A stretch of DNA of 62,602 bases, filler included, from Chiloscyllium plagiosum (Eukaryota): assembly GCF_004010195.1 (NCBI RefSeq). It is 5 parts of one record of this genome, joined end to end, with 100 filler letters (N's around TTAATTAATTAA, not from the genome) between each part and the next. Parts side by side here need not be neighbours in the genome. Positions count along the whole stretch, not along the records: positions 1 to 17,810 come from NC_057717.1; positions 17,911 to 30,303 come from NC_057717.1; 3 more parts are not named here. The stretch is one strand, 5' to 3'. Numbering within the stretch: position 1 is the first letter of the stretch; each line of letters starts with the position of its first letter. Of the stretch, positions 11,047 through 23,820 are shown one piece after another. The notes beneath the pieces are model-generated. The model ran no database searches. It was not told the DNA's origin and saw only the letters and a program-made list of their open reading frames with translations. The position numbers and the translations under genes are program-made.

Positions 11047-14000
11047 AGCCAGACCCTCACCGACGTCCACACACTGCCCCCAGCCAAACCCTCACTGACG
11101 TCCACTCACCTCCCCCAACCAGACCCTCACCACCATTCGCACACTACCCCTATCCTGACCCTCACCGCCATCCACACTCTGCCCCCACCCTGATCCTCAC
11201 CACCGCCCACCCAATCGCTCCTAGCCTGGAACTTACTGCCATCCACACACCACCCTAAGCCTGACCCTCACTGCCCTCCACACACCGTTCCTAGAGTGGC
11301 ACTCACCGCCATCCACACACCGTCCCCAGCCTGACACACACGGTCGTCCAACACTGACCCCAGCCTGACACTCATCGCCATCCACAAACCGCCCCATCCT
11401 GACCCTCACAGCCACCAACACAGCGCCCAATATGACCCTCACTGCCGTGCACACACCGCCCCCAGCCTGACCCTCACCACTGTCCTCACACTGCCCCCAA
11501 CCTGACCCTCATTGCCGTTCTCTCAATGCCCCCAGCCAGACCCTCGCTGCCGCCCACACACCGCCTCCACCTTGACACCCACCACCACCCAACACTTCCC
11601 CGAGCCTGATCATCACCACCATCCGCACACCGCTACCATCCTGGCCCTCACCGTCGTCTACACACCGCCCCCAGCCTGACCCATCGTCGTCCACACACTG
11701 CCCCGAGCCTGACCCTGACCAACGTCCACAAACCACCCCCAACCAGACCCTAACTGCCATTCGAACACTAGCCCCAGCCTGACACTCACCGCTGTTCAGA
11801 CACTGCCCCCAGCCTTACCCTCTCCGCCGCCCACACATCGCCCACAGCCTGACACTCACCGACGTCCACACACTGCCCCCAGCATGACACTCACTGCCAT
11901 CCACAAACCGCCCCAAGCCTGACCCTCACACTGCTCACACACTGCCTCCAGACTGACGCTCACCGCTTTCCACAAGCGGCCAATAGACTGACACTCACCG
12001 CCGCCCAACTCCGTCCCCAGCCTGACCCTCACTACCAGGAGAAATTGAGGACTGCAGATGCTGGAGATCAGAGCTGAAAAATGTGTTGCTGGAAAAGCGC
12101 AGCAGGTCAGGCAGCATCCAAGGAGCAGGGCAATCGAAGTTTCGAGCCTAAGCCCTTCTTCAGGAATCAATCCTGAAGGAGGGCTTATGCTCGTAACGTC
12201 GATTCTCCTGCTCCTTGGATGCTGCCTGACCTGCTGCAATTTTCCAGCGACACATTTTTTAGCTCTGACCCTTACCGCCGCCAGACACCGTCCCCAGCCT
12301 GACCCTCGCTGCCTTCCACGCACTGACCCCAGCCTGACCCCCACCACACTCCAAAACCGTGCTCAGCCTGACCCCCACCGCCATCCAAACACCACCCTCA
12401 TCTGGACTCTCATGGCACCCTACACACTGCCCCAGCCTGACACTCACAGCCACCCACACACGACGCACAGCCTGACCCTCACCACCATCCACACACCGTC
12501 CCCCAGCCGGACCATCACCGCCATCCACTTAATGCCCCCAGCCTGAGCCTCACCGCTGTCCACACACCGCCCCCAGCCTGACCATCACCGCCGTCCACTC
12601 AAAGCCCACAGCCTGACCCTTACCGCCGTCCAGACAGCGCCCCCAGTCTGACCCTCACCACTGTCCAACATTACCCACAGCCTAACCCTCACTGTCGTCT
12701 AACACCGCCCCCAGCCTGACCCTCTCCACCACCAGCCTGACCTTCACTGCCGACCATTCACCGCACACCACCCGGACACCCACCACCATCCAACACTGCC
12801 CCGAGATGGACCCTTACTGCCGTCCACACACCGCCGCCAGCATGACCCGCACCGCCGTCCACACACCGACCCCAGTCAGAACCTCACCACTGTCCACACA
12901 CTGCCCGCAGCCTGACCCTCACCACCGTCCACACGCTGTCCCCATCCAGACCCTCACCGCCGTCTACACACCGCTCCCAGTCTGTCCCTAAGTGCCGTCC
13001 ACACACTGGCCCCAAGTTGACCCTCACCAGCATTCACACACCGTCCCCAACCTGACCCTCACCCCCGTGCACACAGTGCCCCCAGCCTCACCCTCAACAT
13101 AGTCCATACAACCCTGCATTCTGACCCTCACCGCCGCCTGAACACCGCCACCAGCCTGACACACACGGCCGGTAGCATGACCCTCACCGCCGTCCACACA
13201 CTGCACCCACCCTGACACACACCACCATCTACACAGCGCCCACAGCCTGACCCTCACTGCCGTACACACACCGCACCCGTCCTGACCTTCACCACCATCC
13301 ATACACCGCCCCTAGCCTGATCCTCTCTGCCGCCCACATATTGTCCACAGCCTGAACCTCTCTGCCGTCCACACACCACCGGCATCCTGACCCTCACTGC
13401 CGTCCACACACGGTCCCAAGCTTGACCCTCACAGCCTCCCAAACAATTCTCCGAACCTGTCCCTCACCTCCGTCCACACACCGCTCCCAGTCTGACACTC
13501 AAGGCCATCCACACACTGCCCCCACCCTGACACACACTGCCATCTACACAACGTCCACAGCCTTACACTCACCGCCGTCCACAAACCGCCCCAATCCTCA
13601 ACCTCACCGCCATCTACACAGCGCCCACAGCCTGACCCTCACTGCCGTACACACACGGCACCCGTCCTGACCCTCTCTGCTGTCCATACACCAGACCCAG
13701 CCTGACCCTCACAGCTGTCCACACACCGTCCCAAGCTTGACCCTCACAGCCCCCAAATACTTGTACGATCCTGACCCTCACCACCGTACACACACCACTC
13801 CCAGCCTGACCCTAAGTGCTGTCCACACACCAGCCCCAACCTGACCCTCACCGGCATTCACACACCGCCCCCGGCCTGACCCACATCGCCGTCACACACT
13901 GCCCTCAGGCTGATGCTCACCACCATGCACACACCGTCCCCAGCTGACTCTCACCACCGTCCACTTAATGTCCCCAGCCTGATTCTCGCAGCCGTCGAAA

Positions 14001-17000
14001 ACCTCCCCCAGCCTGAACCTCCCCGCCATCCACACAATGCCCCCAGTCTGAAGCATACTGCTGCCCACACACCACCCCCAGACTGTCCTTCACCACCGTC
14101 GTACACTGCTCCCAGCCTGACCATCACCACCAGCCAACATCGCCCACAGCCTGACCCTCACTGCTATCCAGACACCGCTCCCAGCCTGACCCTTACTGCC
14201 GTCCACACACCGCCCCCAGTCTGCCCCTCACCGCCATCTACACACCACCCCAAACCTGACCCTCACTACGGTACACACAGCTCCCCCATCCTGACAATGC
14301 CGTCCACCCACAGGCCCCAGCGTGACCCCCACTGCCATCCACACACCGCCCCAAGCCTGACCCTCATGGACCCCAAACTCCGCTCCCATCCTGACCCTCA
14401 CCACCGTCCACAGACCGCTCCCAGCCTGACCCTAAGTGTATTCCACACACTGGCTCCAACCTGACCCTCACCAGCAGTCACACACCGCCCCAACCTGACC
14501 CTCATGAGCATCCACACTCCGCCCCCAACCTGACCCTCACCACCGTCCACACACCGCCCCCAGACAGAGCCTCACCGCCATCCACACACCGCCCCCAGGC
14601 TGACCCTTTCTGCCGTCCACATACCGCCCCCACCCTGCCCCTCACCGCCATCCACACACCTCTCTAAGCCTGCCCCTCACGGACAACACCCTCCGCTCCC
14701 ATCCTGACCCTCACCGCCATGCACACACCGCTCCAAACCTGTTTTTAAGTGCCATCCATAAACCGACCCAACCTGACCCTCACCGGCATTAACACACCTC
14801 CCCCAATCTGACCCACATGGGCATCCACACTCAGCCACCAACCTGACCCTCACCGCCGTCCACACACTGGCCCAGCCTGACCCAAATCGCCGTCACACAC
14901 TGCCCCCAGCCTGATGCTCACCACCATGCACACACCTAACCCAGCTGACTCTCACCACCGTCCACTTCATGGCCCCAGCCTGACCCTCACAGCTGTCGAA
15001 AACCTCCCCCAGCTTGACTCCCACCACCATCCAACATTGCCCGAAGCCGATCCCTCACCGCCGTCCACCCACCGCCGCCAGCCTGACCCTCACCACCTTC
15101 CAATCAACGACCCCAGCCAGACCATCACCGCCGTCCACACACCACCCCCAGGCTCACCCTTCCTGCCATCCACATATCGCTGCCACCTTGCCCCTCACTG
15201 CCATCCACACACCTCTCTAAGCCTGCCCCTCACGGACCCCACACTCCGCTCCCATCCTGACCCTCACCGCCATGCACACACCGCTCCCAACCTGACTTTA
15301 AGTGCCATCCACACACCGACTCAGCCTGACCCTCACCGGCATTGAAACACCGCCCCCAACCTGACCCTCATGGGCATCCACACTCAGCCACCAAACTGAC
15401 CCTCATCGCCGTCCACACACTGCTCCCAGCCTGACCCAATTCGCCGTCACACACTGTCCCCAGCCTGATGCTCACCACCATGCACACACCTTCCCCAGCT
15501 GACTCTCACCACCGTCCACTTCATGGCCCCAGCCTGACCCTCGGAGCCGTCGAAAACCTCCCCAGCATGACTCTCCCCGCCGTCAACACAATGCCCCCAG
15601 CCTGACCCTCACCGCCGAACACCGCACCAGTCAGAACCACACCACCACCCACACATCGGCACCAGGCTATCCCTCACCACCGTCGTACACTGCTCCCAGC
15701 CTGACCCTCACCACAGTCTACACTACGCCCGCACTCTGACACTCACCACCGTCCAACATCGCCAACAGCCTGACCCTCACTGCCATCCACACACCGCCCG
15801 CAGCCTAACCCTTACTGCCGTCCACATACCGCCCCCGGCCTGCCCCTTACCACCGTTCAACATCGCCCACAGCATTACCTCAACGCTGTCCACACCATGC
15901 CCCCAGCATGACTATTACTGCAGTCCACACACCGCACCCAGCCTCACCCTCACTGCCGTCCACACGCCACCCACAGCCTGACTCTCACTTCAGTCCATAC
16001 ACACCCCTGCCTGACACTCTCCGCCGTCCACACACCAACCCCAACCTGATACTCACAGCTGACGACACACCGCCCCCTCCTGACCCTCACTGCTGTCCAC
16101 ACACCACCCCCAAACTGACACTCACTGCCGTTCAACATTGCGCCCAGCCTGACCATCACTACCATCCACACACAGCCCCGGCCTGACCCTCACTGCTGAC
16201 CACACATCACCCCCAAACTGACCCTCACCGTCTTTCAACATTGCTACCAGCCTGGCCCTCACTGCAATCCACACACCGCCCCCGCCTGACCCTCACTGAA
16301 GTCCACACACCACCCCCAAACTGAACCTCACTGCCGTGCACACACCACCCCCAACCTGACCCTCACCGTTTTTCAACATTTCTACCAGCCTGGCCCTCAC
16401 TGCAATCCACACACCGGCCCCGCCTGACCCTCACTGAAGTCCACACACCACCCCCAAACTGACCCTCAGCCCCAAGCCTGACGCTCACTGCCGTCCACTC
16501 AGTGCCCCTAGCCTGACCCCCCACCGCCGTTCAAAACTGCCCCCAATCTGACCTGTATCGCCAATTAACACCTCCTCCAATTTGACTCTCACTGCCGTCC
16601 ATAAACCGCCCCCAGCCTGACCCTCACTGCCATCCACAATCCACCCCCAGCCTGAACCTCACTGCTGTCCACACGCAGCCAGTAGCCTGACCTTCACTGC
16701 CGTCCACATACCGCCCACAGCCTCAGCCTCACCGCTATGCACACTCTGCCCCAGTCTGACCCTCACCGTCCTCCACACACCGCCCCCAGGCTGACCCTTA
16801 CTGCCGTCCACATACAGCCCACAGCCTGCCCCTCACCGCCATTCACACACCTCTCTAAGTCTGCCCCTCACGGACCCCACACTCCGCTACCATCCTGACC
16901 CTCACCGCCATGCACACACCGCTCCCAACCTGACTTTAAGTGCCATCCACACACCGACCCAGCCTGACCCTGACCGGCATTGAAACACCGCCCCCAACCT

Positions 17001-17810
17001 GACCATCATGGGCATCCACACTCAGCCACCAACCTGACCCTCAGCGCCGTCCACACACTGCCCCCAGCCTGACCCAAATCGCCGTTACACACTGCCCCCC
17101 GCCTGATGCTCACCACCATGCACACACCTTCCCCAGCTGACTCTCACCACCGTCCACTTCATGGCCCCAGCCTGACCCTCACAGCCGTCGAATACCTCCC
17201 CCAGCTTGACTCCCACCACCATCCAACATTGCCCCGAGCCGAACCCTCAGCGTCGTCCACCCACCGCCGCCAGCCTGACCCTCAGCACCTTCCAATCAAC
17301 GACCCCAGCCAGAGCCTCACCGCCGTCCACACACCGCCCCCAGGCTGACCCTTATTGCCGTCCACATACCGCCACCACCTTGCCCCTCACCGCCATCCAC
17401 ACACCTCTCTTAGCCTGCCCCTCACGGACCTCACACTCCGCTCCCATCCAGACCCTCACCGCCATGCACACACCGCTCCTAGCCTGACTTAAAGTGCCAT
17501 CCACACACCGACCCAGCCTGACCCTCACCGGCATTGACACACCGCCCCCAACATGACCCCCACGGGCATCCACACTCAGCCATCAACCTGACCCTCACCG
17601 CCGTCCACACAATGCCCCCAGCCTGACCCAATTCGCCGTCACACACTGTCCCCAGCCTGATGCTCACCACCATGCACACACCTTCCCCAGCTGACTCTCA
17701 CCACCGTCCATTTCATGGCCCCAGCCTGACCCTCACAGCCGTCGAAAACCTCCCCGAGCATGACTCTCCCCACCGTCCACACAATGCCCCCAGCCTGACC
17801 CTCACCACCG
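11047..17810. repeat. C-rich 35-bp minisatellite with higher-order structure
   Basis: Consensus ccccagcctgaccctcaccgccgtccacacaccgc. The variant ctgatgctcaccaccatgcacaca recurs with its ATG at 13913, 14914, 15468, 17106 and 17660. Confidence 0.95.
12038..12268. mobile_element. Palindromic, coding-free PLE pLTR pair inserted in the minisatellite
   Basis: About 100-bp inverted arms around ttcagga-atcaa-tcctgaa (axis near 12168). Each arm carries a hammerhead-derived motif, and the left arm has a 30-nt extra tail. Confidence 0.85.
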
Positions 17811-17910
17811 NNNNNNNNNNNNNNNNNNNNNNNNNNNNNNNNNNNNNNNNNNNNTTAATTAATTAANNNNNNNNNNNNNNNNNNNNNNNNNNNNNNNNNN
17901 NNNNNNNNNN
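17811..17910. other. 100-bp scaffold gap with artificial TTAATTAATTAA linker (also at 30304-30403, 43879-43978 and 51379-51478)
   Basis: Identical 44N + 12 nt + 44N layout four times; the linker gives a stop in all six frames. Confidence 0.95.
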
Positions 17911-18903
17911 GTGCCACAAGGATTGGTGCTGGGTCCTCTAATATTGTTTATTTACATAAATGATTTGGATTTGAGTATACGATGTACAGTTAGTAAGTCT
18001 GCAGATGACACCAAAAGTGGAGGTGTAGTGGACAGCGAAGTGGGTTACCTCAGATCACACCAGGATCTTGACCAGATGCGCCAATGGGCTGAGAAGTGGC
18101 AGATGGAGTTTAATTCAGATAAATGCGATATGTTGTATTTTGGGAAAGCAAATCTTAGAATGACTTATATACTTAATGGTAAGGTTCTACGGAGTGTTGA
18201 TGAACAAAGAGACCTTGGAGTGCAGGTTCATATCTCCTTGAAAGTGGAGTCGCAGATTCTTATGACAGTGAAGAAGGCGTTTGGTATGCTTTGCTTTACT
18301 GGTCAGAGTATTGAGTACAGGAGTTGGCAGGTCATGTTGGGCTGTACAAGACATTGGTTAAGCTACGGTTGGAATATTCCATGCAATTCCGCTTTCCTTC
18401 CTATCGGAAAGATATTGTGGAAATGGAAAAGGTTCAGTAAAGATTTACAAGGACATTGCCAGGGTTGGAGGATTTGTGGAATAGGGAGAGGCTGAACAGG
18501 CTGGGGCTGTTTTCCAGGGAGCCGAGGGGTGACCTTATCGAGGTTTACAAAATCCTGAGGGGCAGAGATAGGGTAAATAGTCAACGTCTTTTCCCTGGAG
18601 TTGGGGAGTCCTGAACTAGAGGGCATAGGTTTAGGGTGAAAGGGGAAAGATATAAACGAGACCTAAGGGTCAACCTTTTCACACAGAGGGTGGTACGTGT
18701 ATGGAATGAGCGGTGGAGGCTGGTACAATTGCAACATTTCAGAGGCATTTGGATGCGGATATGAATAGGAAGAGTTTGGAGGGATATGGGCCGGGTGCTG
18801 GCAGGTGGGACTAGATTGTGTTGGGATATCTGGTTGGCTTGGACGTGTTGGACAGAAGCGTCTGTTTCCATGCTAAAGACCTCTGTGATTCTATGACTCT
18901 ATG
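17911..18903 (+). mobile_element. CR1/HER1 LINE 3' part (RT C-terminal half plus 3' UTR)
   Basis: VPQGLVLGPLILFIYINDLD...SKSADDTK...WAEKWQMEFNSDKC. Ends in gtctgtttccatgct...ctatgactctatg, the CR1 short tandem tail. Confidence 0.93.
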
Positions 18904-19260
18904 CTAATCCTGTGCATTGATTTGAAAAACACCCACATGTCAAATGTGGAGTTGCCTGATAACAGCTCCTCCCAATTAACTCACCCTTGCACCTGCCCTA
19001 GATATAATTTGCTGTCCCTCAAATTAATATCTTCTTAAGTTCTCATCGTTCACAGAATACAGCTTTGGAAATATGAAAGAAGTACAGTGGTAATCTAGCT
19101 TCCTAATATATTTTGTGATGGGTTGGCTTGGCCTGTAACAATAACTAATAGGAAATCAATTATATGTAATATACCTTCATTTTCAGAAATTATTTGTCAA
19201 AACCCCACCAGCACACTTACTGTTTCATGTAAAATCACATTAGAGTGCGGTAATATTAGA

Positions 19261-19585
19261 GGGCAGCACAGTAGCTCAGTGGTCAGCACTGCTGCCACAC
19301 AGTGCCTTGCACCCAGGATTAATTCCCGCAACGAGCAACTGTCTGTGTGGAGATTTCACATTTTCCCCATGTCTGTGTGTGTTTCCTCTAGGTGCTCCAG
19401 TTTCCTCGCACAGTCCAAGGATGTGTCGGTTCGATGATTTGGTCAGCTCAATTGCATGTAGTGCTCGGTGCATGAGTCAGGGGTGAATGTATGAAATGGG
19501 TCTTGGTGGGTTGCTCTTCGGAGGATCGGAGTGGATTTGTTGGGCTGAAGGACCTATTCCCACACTGTAGGGAATCGAATCTAAA
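19261..19585 (+). mobile_element. HE1-type tRNA-derived V-SINE
   Basis: tRNA-like head gggcagcacagtagctcagtggtcagcactgctgcc, V-domain gtgtggag...gtttcctctaggtgctccagtttcctc, CR1-like tail gacctattcccacactgtaggga. Confidence 0.88.
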
Positions 19586-19759
19586 AATATACAAACTTGG
19601 ATTCAGAATGGGGCAGCTGAGAGCAAGCAGTGTATGGGAACAAAATATACCAGTTTGGAGTTTAACCTGGTATAATGTGATTTTTAACATTGCCCACTTC
19701 AGTCCAACACCGGCACGTCCATGTCATGTTTACCTAATAAAGGCAAAAGCTTTCACAGG

Positions 19760-20225
19760 CTGAATGACCAACAGGAATGACGAGATCGCTGGGATTACAG
19801 GTTTGACTTGTGAAAAGAGACTTATTCGACCAAGTGTGCATTCGTTACACTAAAGAACAATAGGCAGAAACACTGAAACATAAAATAAAAGCTCTGACAG
19901 GGATGGACAGATTGGATACAGGGATGGCTGTTAGGTATATATCAAGGGGTCACAGACTTAGTATCTAAGACAAGCCAATTTGTACTGAGATGGGCAGTAC
20001 TTTCTAAATTCAGACACTGGTTAGGTGCGAATGTACCCCCCACGTAAATCTGTCGAGTCCAGAGTATTGAATATAAATAAGAACACAGTAGATGCATTTC
20101 TAGATACGACAGGGTTGGGGAGAAAGCAGGAACATGGTGTTGCGGTCGAGGCTTACCAATCATATTAGATGATGGGGTACAAGCTTCAATCGGCCAAAGG
20201 GCCTACTCCAGTTCCGAATTTCTAC
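19760..20225 (+). mobile_element. Old CR1 3' end
   Basis: aggggtcacagacttag and terminal ggccaaagggcctactccagttccgaatttcta resemble CR1 3' UTR motifs. Confidence 0.6.
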
Positions 20226-20474
20226 ATTTTGATTCCTATACTCATGAAAATGATGTGCATGTTGTGTTTTAAAAATGTATTGAGGAGCTGGACAACCATG
20301 AACAAAATTGCAGGAGGCAGGGCCGGAGGCTCATTGTGTTCAATACTTCTTTCCCAATGTTCCTTTGTAGTATTTTGAAAAACTCTGAAAATGTTGTTAC
20401 AAGCTCTCAGATGTGTGGAAAGTGGCCTGTACAGGCTCGAAATGTCGGGGTTTCTAGTTCTCGTTGTCTGATGT

Positions 20475-20820
20475 CTAGAATCCTGACAGTGTAGAAACAG
20501 GCTCTTCGGCCCAAAACTCCAAACAGACCCTCTGAAGAGTAACTCGGCCAAGCCAACTGCTTAGGCTTTTACTCTACATTTATGTCGGACTAATACACAT
20601 GACCTACACATCCCTGAACACTACGGGCAATTTAGAATGGTCAATTCACATAAGCTGCATATCTTTGGACTGTGGGAGGAAACCGGACTACCCAGAGGAA
20701 ACCCGCACTGACACGGGAGAACGTGCAATCTCCACACAGACTGTCGCCCGAGGCTGGAGTCGACCACAGGTCCCATGCTGTAAGACAGCAGTACCTAACC
20801 ACTGTGCCACTGTGCCACCC
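20475..20820 (-). mobile_element. HE1-type V-SINE
   Basis: Reverse-complement head gggtggcacagtggcacagtggttagg; V-domain seen on plus as ttggactgtgggaggaaaccgga...ggaaaccc; tail acagtgtagaaacaggctcttcggcc. Confidence 0.88.
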
Positions 20821-21817
20821 CATCTAGAGCAGTTCCAGGTCTTCTGTCCAGTTTCATCCTATGAGAACTTCGACCAGTTTAGTATAATCGAATGTGGTGC
20901 TTGGCAAGAGGGTGCCTTTGATTTAAGCAAATTTCTGTGTGTCTGCAGTCACTTTTAGACCTGACCATGAAGGACAATAAGTTGACGTTTTTAAAGACAT
21001 TCGAGGAATCAAATTGCTATGAACAATTGACATTGGTTTTAAGGTCACTATTACTGATTCCAGCTTTTGAAATTCCAGATTTTAAGAATGACTTTATCTT
21101 TCAGCAGCTGCTGCAGCATTTCCCCGGTTTTCTGGATTCGTAATTCAAACATATTTCCATCAAAAAACGGCCTTCACGTGCGGACCTGTCAGAAATCCCA
21201 CGGAGTAGGTAATTTTTGTGCATGTGCTGCTTTGGCAGCTGTGTCAAAGAGAACGTCCACCAATTTGGCTATTGTAATGGCACTGACAGGTTGGAAATTT
21301 ATCAGAATGGACGTACCTTCCTTTTAGGAGCCGAGACCATTTGTACAATTTTCTACGTTTTTGATTAGACATCAGAGTTTGTGTTGGCCAGGGAAATGGC
21401 TTACCTGGCTGCACAAATCATTAATTTTATTGCACGAATTCAGGGCCTATAACTTTGCCGTACCTATTGCGTTCAGTTTTTTTTTCCTTCAAATCATTCA
21501 GCGATGTTCACAGTGGCTTTTCATATGAGCAGTGTTTGTGATCTCTCTTTCTGTACCTTTTGGAGGTTAGAACGTTGAGAAAGGATCTTATTTGAGCTTA
21601 CCAAATACAGAGAGGCCTCGATGGTGAAGAAGGTAATTCACTGAATAAGAGAAAATAGGATGCAGAGCACAACCTCAGAGTGAACGAAAACCCATTTGAA
21701 CATTGTTGTACAGAAATTTCTACGGCCATATGGTGTGCGTCAGTGCCACAGGGGGCTACGGAGGCAAATTTGTTGAATACTATTAAGACAGAGACAGATA
21801 GTTTCTTGAGTAGAAAG

Positions 21818-21985
21818 GAAAAAAGTGACGACTGCAGATGCTGGAGATCAGAGCTGAAAAATGTGTTGCTGGAAAAGCGCAGCACGTCAGGCAGCATGCA
21901 ACGAGCAGGAGAATCGACGTTTCGGGCATGAGCCTGAAGAAGGGCTCATGCACAAAACGTCGATTCTCCTGCTTCTTGGATACTG
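21818..21985. mobile_element. Second palindromic PLE pLTR pair (same family as 12038-12268)
   Basis: gcaggagaatcgacgtttcgggcatgagc-ctgaagaag-ggctcatgcacaaaacgtcgattctcctgc: inverted arms fused within the hammerhead motif. Confidence 0.8.
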
Positions 21986-22469
21986 ATGGCATCATTACAA
22001 AATGCTAGTGGACCATCCACTTCACTGTTTTGGTTTTTATCCAGATGCACTGGGCTTCCCCATTGTTGTGGAAAGAAGGTACATGAGGAGGAGTCTCCTC
22101 AGTCCGTGAGCTGTTTCAGAGTTGTTTCAGATGCGGCTGATCTTCAGAACTTCCATCCGACACCCAAACAGACAGTAATGGAGAAATGAGATAGGTCTGG
22201 CAGCGTCTGGTGAAAAAAAGTAGTGACCTTTTTGACATAACTTAAACCAGCTGGGAATTGATGGCATTTCTATTGATAATGTAGAGTGGGATTGTTTGGG
22301 AGAGTTTACAGAATACATGGGAATGATGTCGAAAGAGATAGAGTCGGAGGTATACAAAGGGAAAGGCTAACAAAGTGACTGCTGATGTTAATCAGAGTAG
22401 GAGGTAAATGCTTATGGTAATACATGCGGAAAATGCTTATTTTGATATATTGAAAATGGGGTGGTTGTG

Positions 22470-22602
22470 CTCCTGATGAAGATATCCTGTCCGTAACGTC
22501 GATTTTGCTGCTGCTCGGATGCTGCGTTACCTGCTGTGTTTTTCCAGCACCACTCTAATGTTGACTCTCTTTTCCAGCAACTGCAGTCCTCCCTTTCATC
22601 TA
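22470..22602 (+). mobile_element. Degenerate PLE pLTR
   Basis: tcctgatgaag...cgtaacgtcgattttgctgctgctcggatgctgc...ttccagcaccactct...ccagcaactgcagtcc. Confidence 0.7.
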
Positions 22603-22639
22603 GCTGTGCTTCTGCACTGCTGAAAAAATGGGATCCAAG

Positions 22640-23020
22640 TGTGTGAAGTGGGTAATGGACATGAAGGTGGGTGTTTATATTCTGAAATTGTCGATCACAT
22701 TTTTGAGTTGGAAGGATGTAAGATACCGAGAAAGAAGATGAGGTTTTTCTCCTGCAGCTTGCATTGAGCTTGCCTGGTTCATCGCAGCAAGTCTAGGATA
22801 GAACTGCTGAAATGGGAAGACGGCAATGGGGTTAAAGTGGAAAGAAACTGGAAGCTCAGGGTCATTTTTTACGGACAAAATGTAGGTGTTTGGTGAAACA
22901 ATCAGGAAGTCTCTTCTTTGTCTCACCCATGCAGAGGAGAACACATTGTGAGAGTGACCAGAGTAGACAAAGTTAAATGTGCTGTAACTTGTTGAAACCG
23001 AGGGCCAGTTCTCGGACACG
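22640..23020 (-). mobile_element. Degenerate PLE GIY-YIG endonuclease fragment
   Basis: Minus strand gives NFVYSG...LLCMGETKKRLPDCFTKHL across a frameshift, similar to PLE NLVYCI...LYIGETKRRLGDRFAEHL. Confidence 0.6.
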
Positions 23021-23029
23021 TCTTCCTAT

Positions 23030-23820
23030 CTCTCGATGATCACCCCACCATCTGACATCAAACTATTTTTTCACAACTATCACTGAGCTTAAATGGGGAT
23101 TCCTTCGAACTACCCACCCTTATCACCACCACTACACAACTCTTCAAAGTAAATAGGCCACCAAACCCTACAAAAGGCATGAATAGGACTGCGATTGCAA
23201 ACATATTGTTCTGCCTGTTCTTGCCTCGTGGAACTTATTGCATCATACCTGATGTGCTGTTTCTATCCTTGTCGATCCGTTCCCATTTACATCGATGATT
23301 TTTCTTCCTTTGATGTCAATTTCAGAATTTTAAATTCATGAGCTCCTGCCGCCTTCCCTGATAATGGTGTTGCTTCCCTCACATATTTGGAATTGATAAA
23401 ACATATATGATATTTGCTTCAAATTTCCATTCCCATCTGACCTTTATCTGATCCTTTTGCGATTGGTCCTTTCCTTTCCTCGACATCTCTCTTTCTCTTT
23501 CTGCAGATTGGGTGTCAGCAAAATCTACTTCAAACCCACCAACACCAACCTACGTTGTTTTTATACATCCTCACAGCCCGCTTCTTGTGATGATTCCATC
23601 CCAGTATCTCAGTTTATCAATTTCCAACGCATTTCTTCCAATGGTGGTACCTTCTGTCCAGGGTTGGGGAGAGGTGCTGGTGTGCGTTCAGAAATGCCCA
23701 CTATTTCCATCAAACTAGGTTCCCCATGATTGTGTTTAATGTGTTCGTCAGCCCTCTGAGATTCCCCGGCCAATCCACCTGCACGCCCATTTCCTCCCCA
23801 TAGATGAACGGCACTTCCTC
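23030..23820 (+). mobile_element. Degenerate PLE reverse transcriptase/thumb fragment
   Basis: IYFKPTNTNLRCFYTSSQPASCDDSIPVSQFINFQRISS resembles PLE YKPTDSHSYLDYTSSHP..CK..IPFSQFLRLRRICS. Confidence 0.65.

Noticed and set aside
10476..11105. Long ORFs of about 200 aa here and at 59404-60097
   Set aside because: They consist almost entirely of N (X) residues.
12058..12546. 163-aa ORFs on both strands with similar peptides
   Set aside because: The similarity is caused by the palindromic pLTR insertion plus minisatellite; not a gene.
11233..17866. Pro/His/Thr-rich ORFs resembling mucin or extensin
   Set aside because: They are by-products of a C-rich 35-bp repeat (not a multiple of 3) with frequent TGA stops.
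17855..17866. TTAATTAATTAA palindrome recurring four times
   Set aside because: It is always centred in 44N+44N, so it is an artificial six-frame-stop scaffolding linker.
21120..21330. Promoter-like motifs (CACGTG, CCAAT); similar hints at 46500-46530 and 58950-59200
   Set aside because: Short motifs are expected by chance and no linked exon could be shown.
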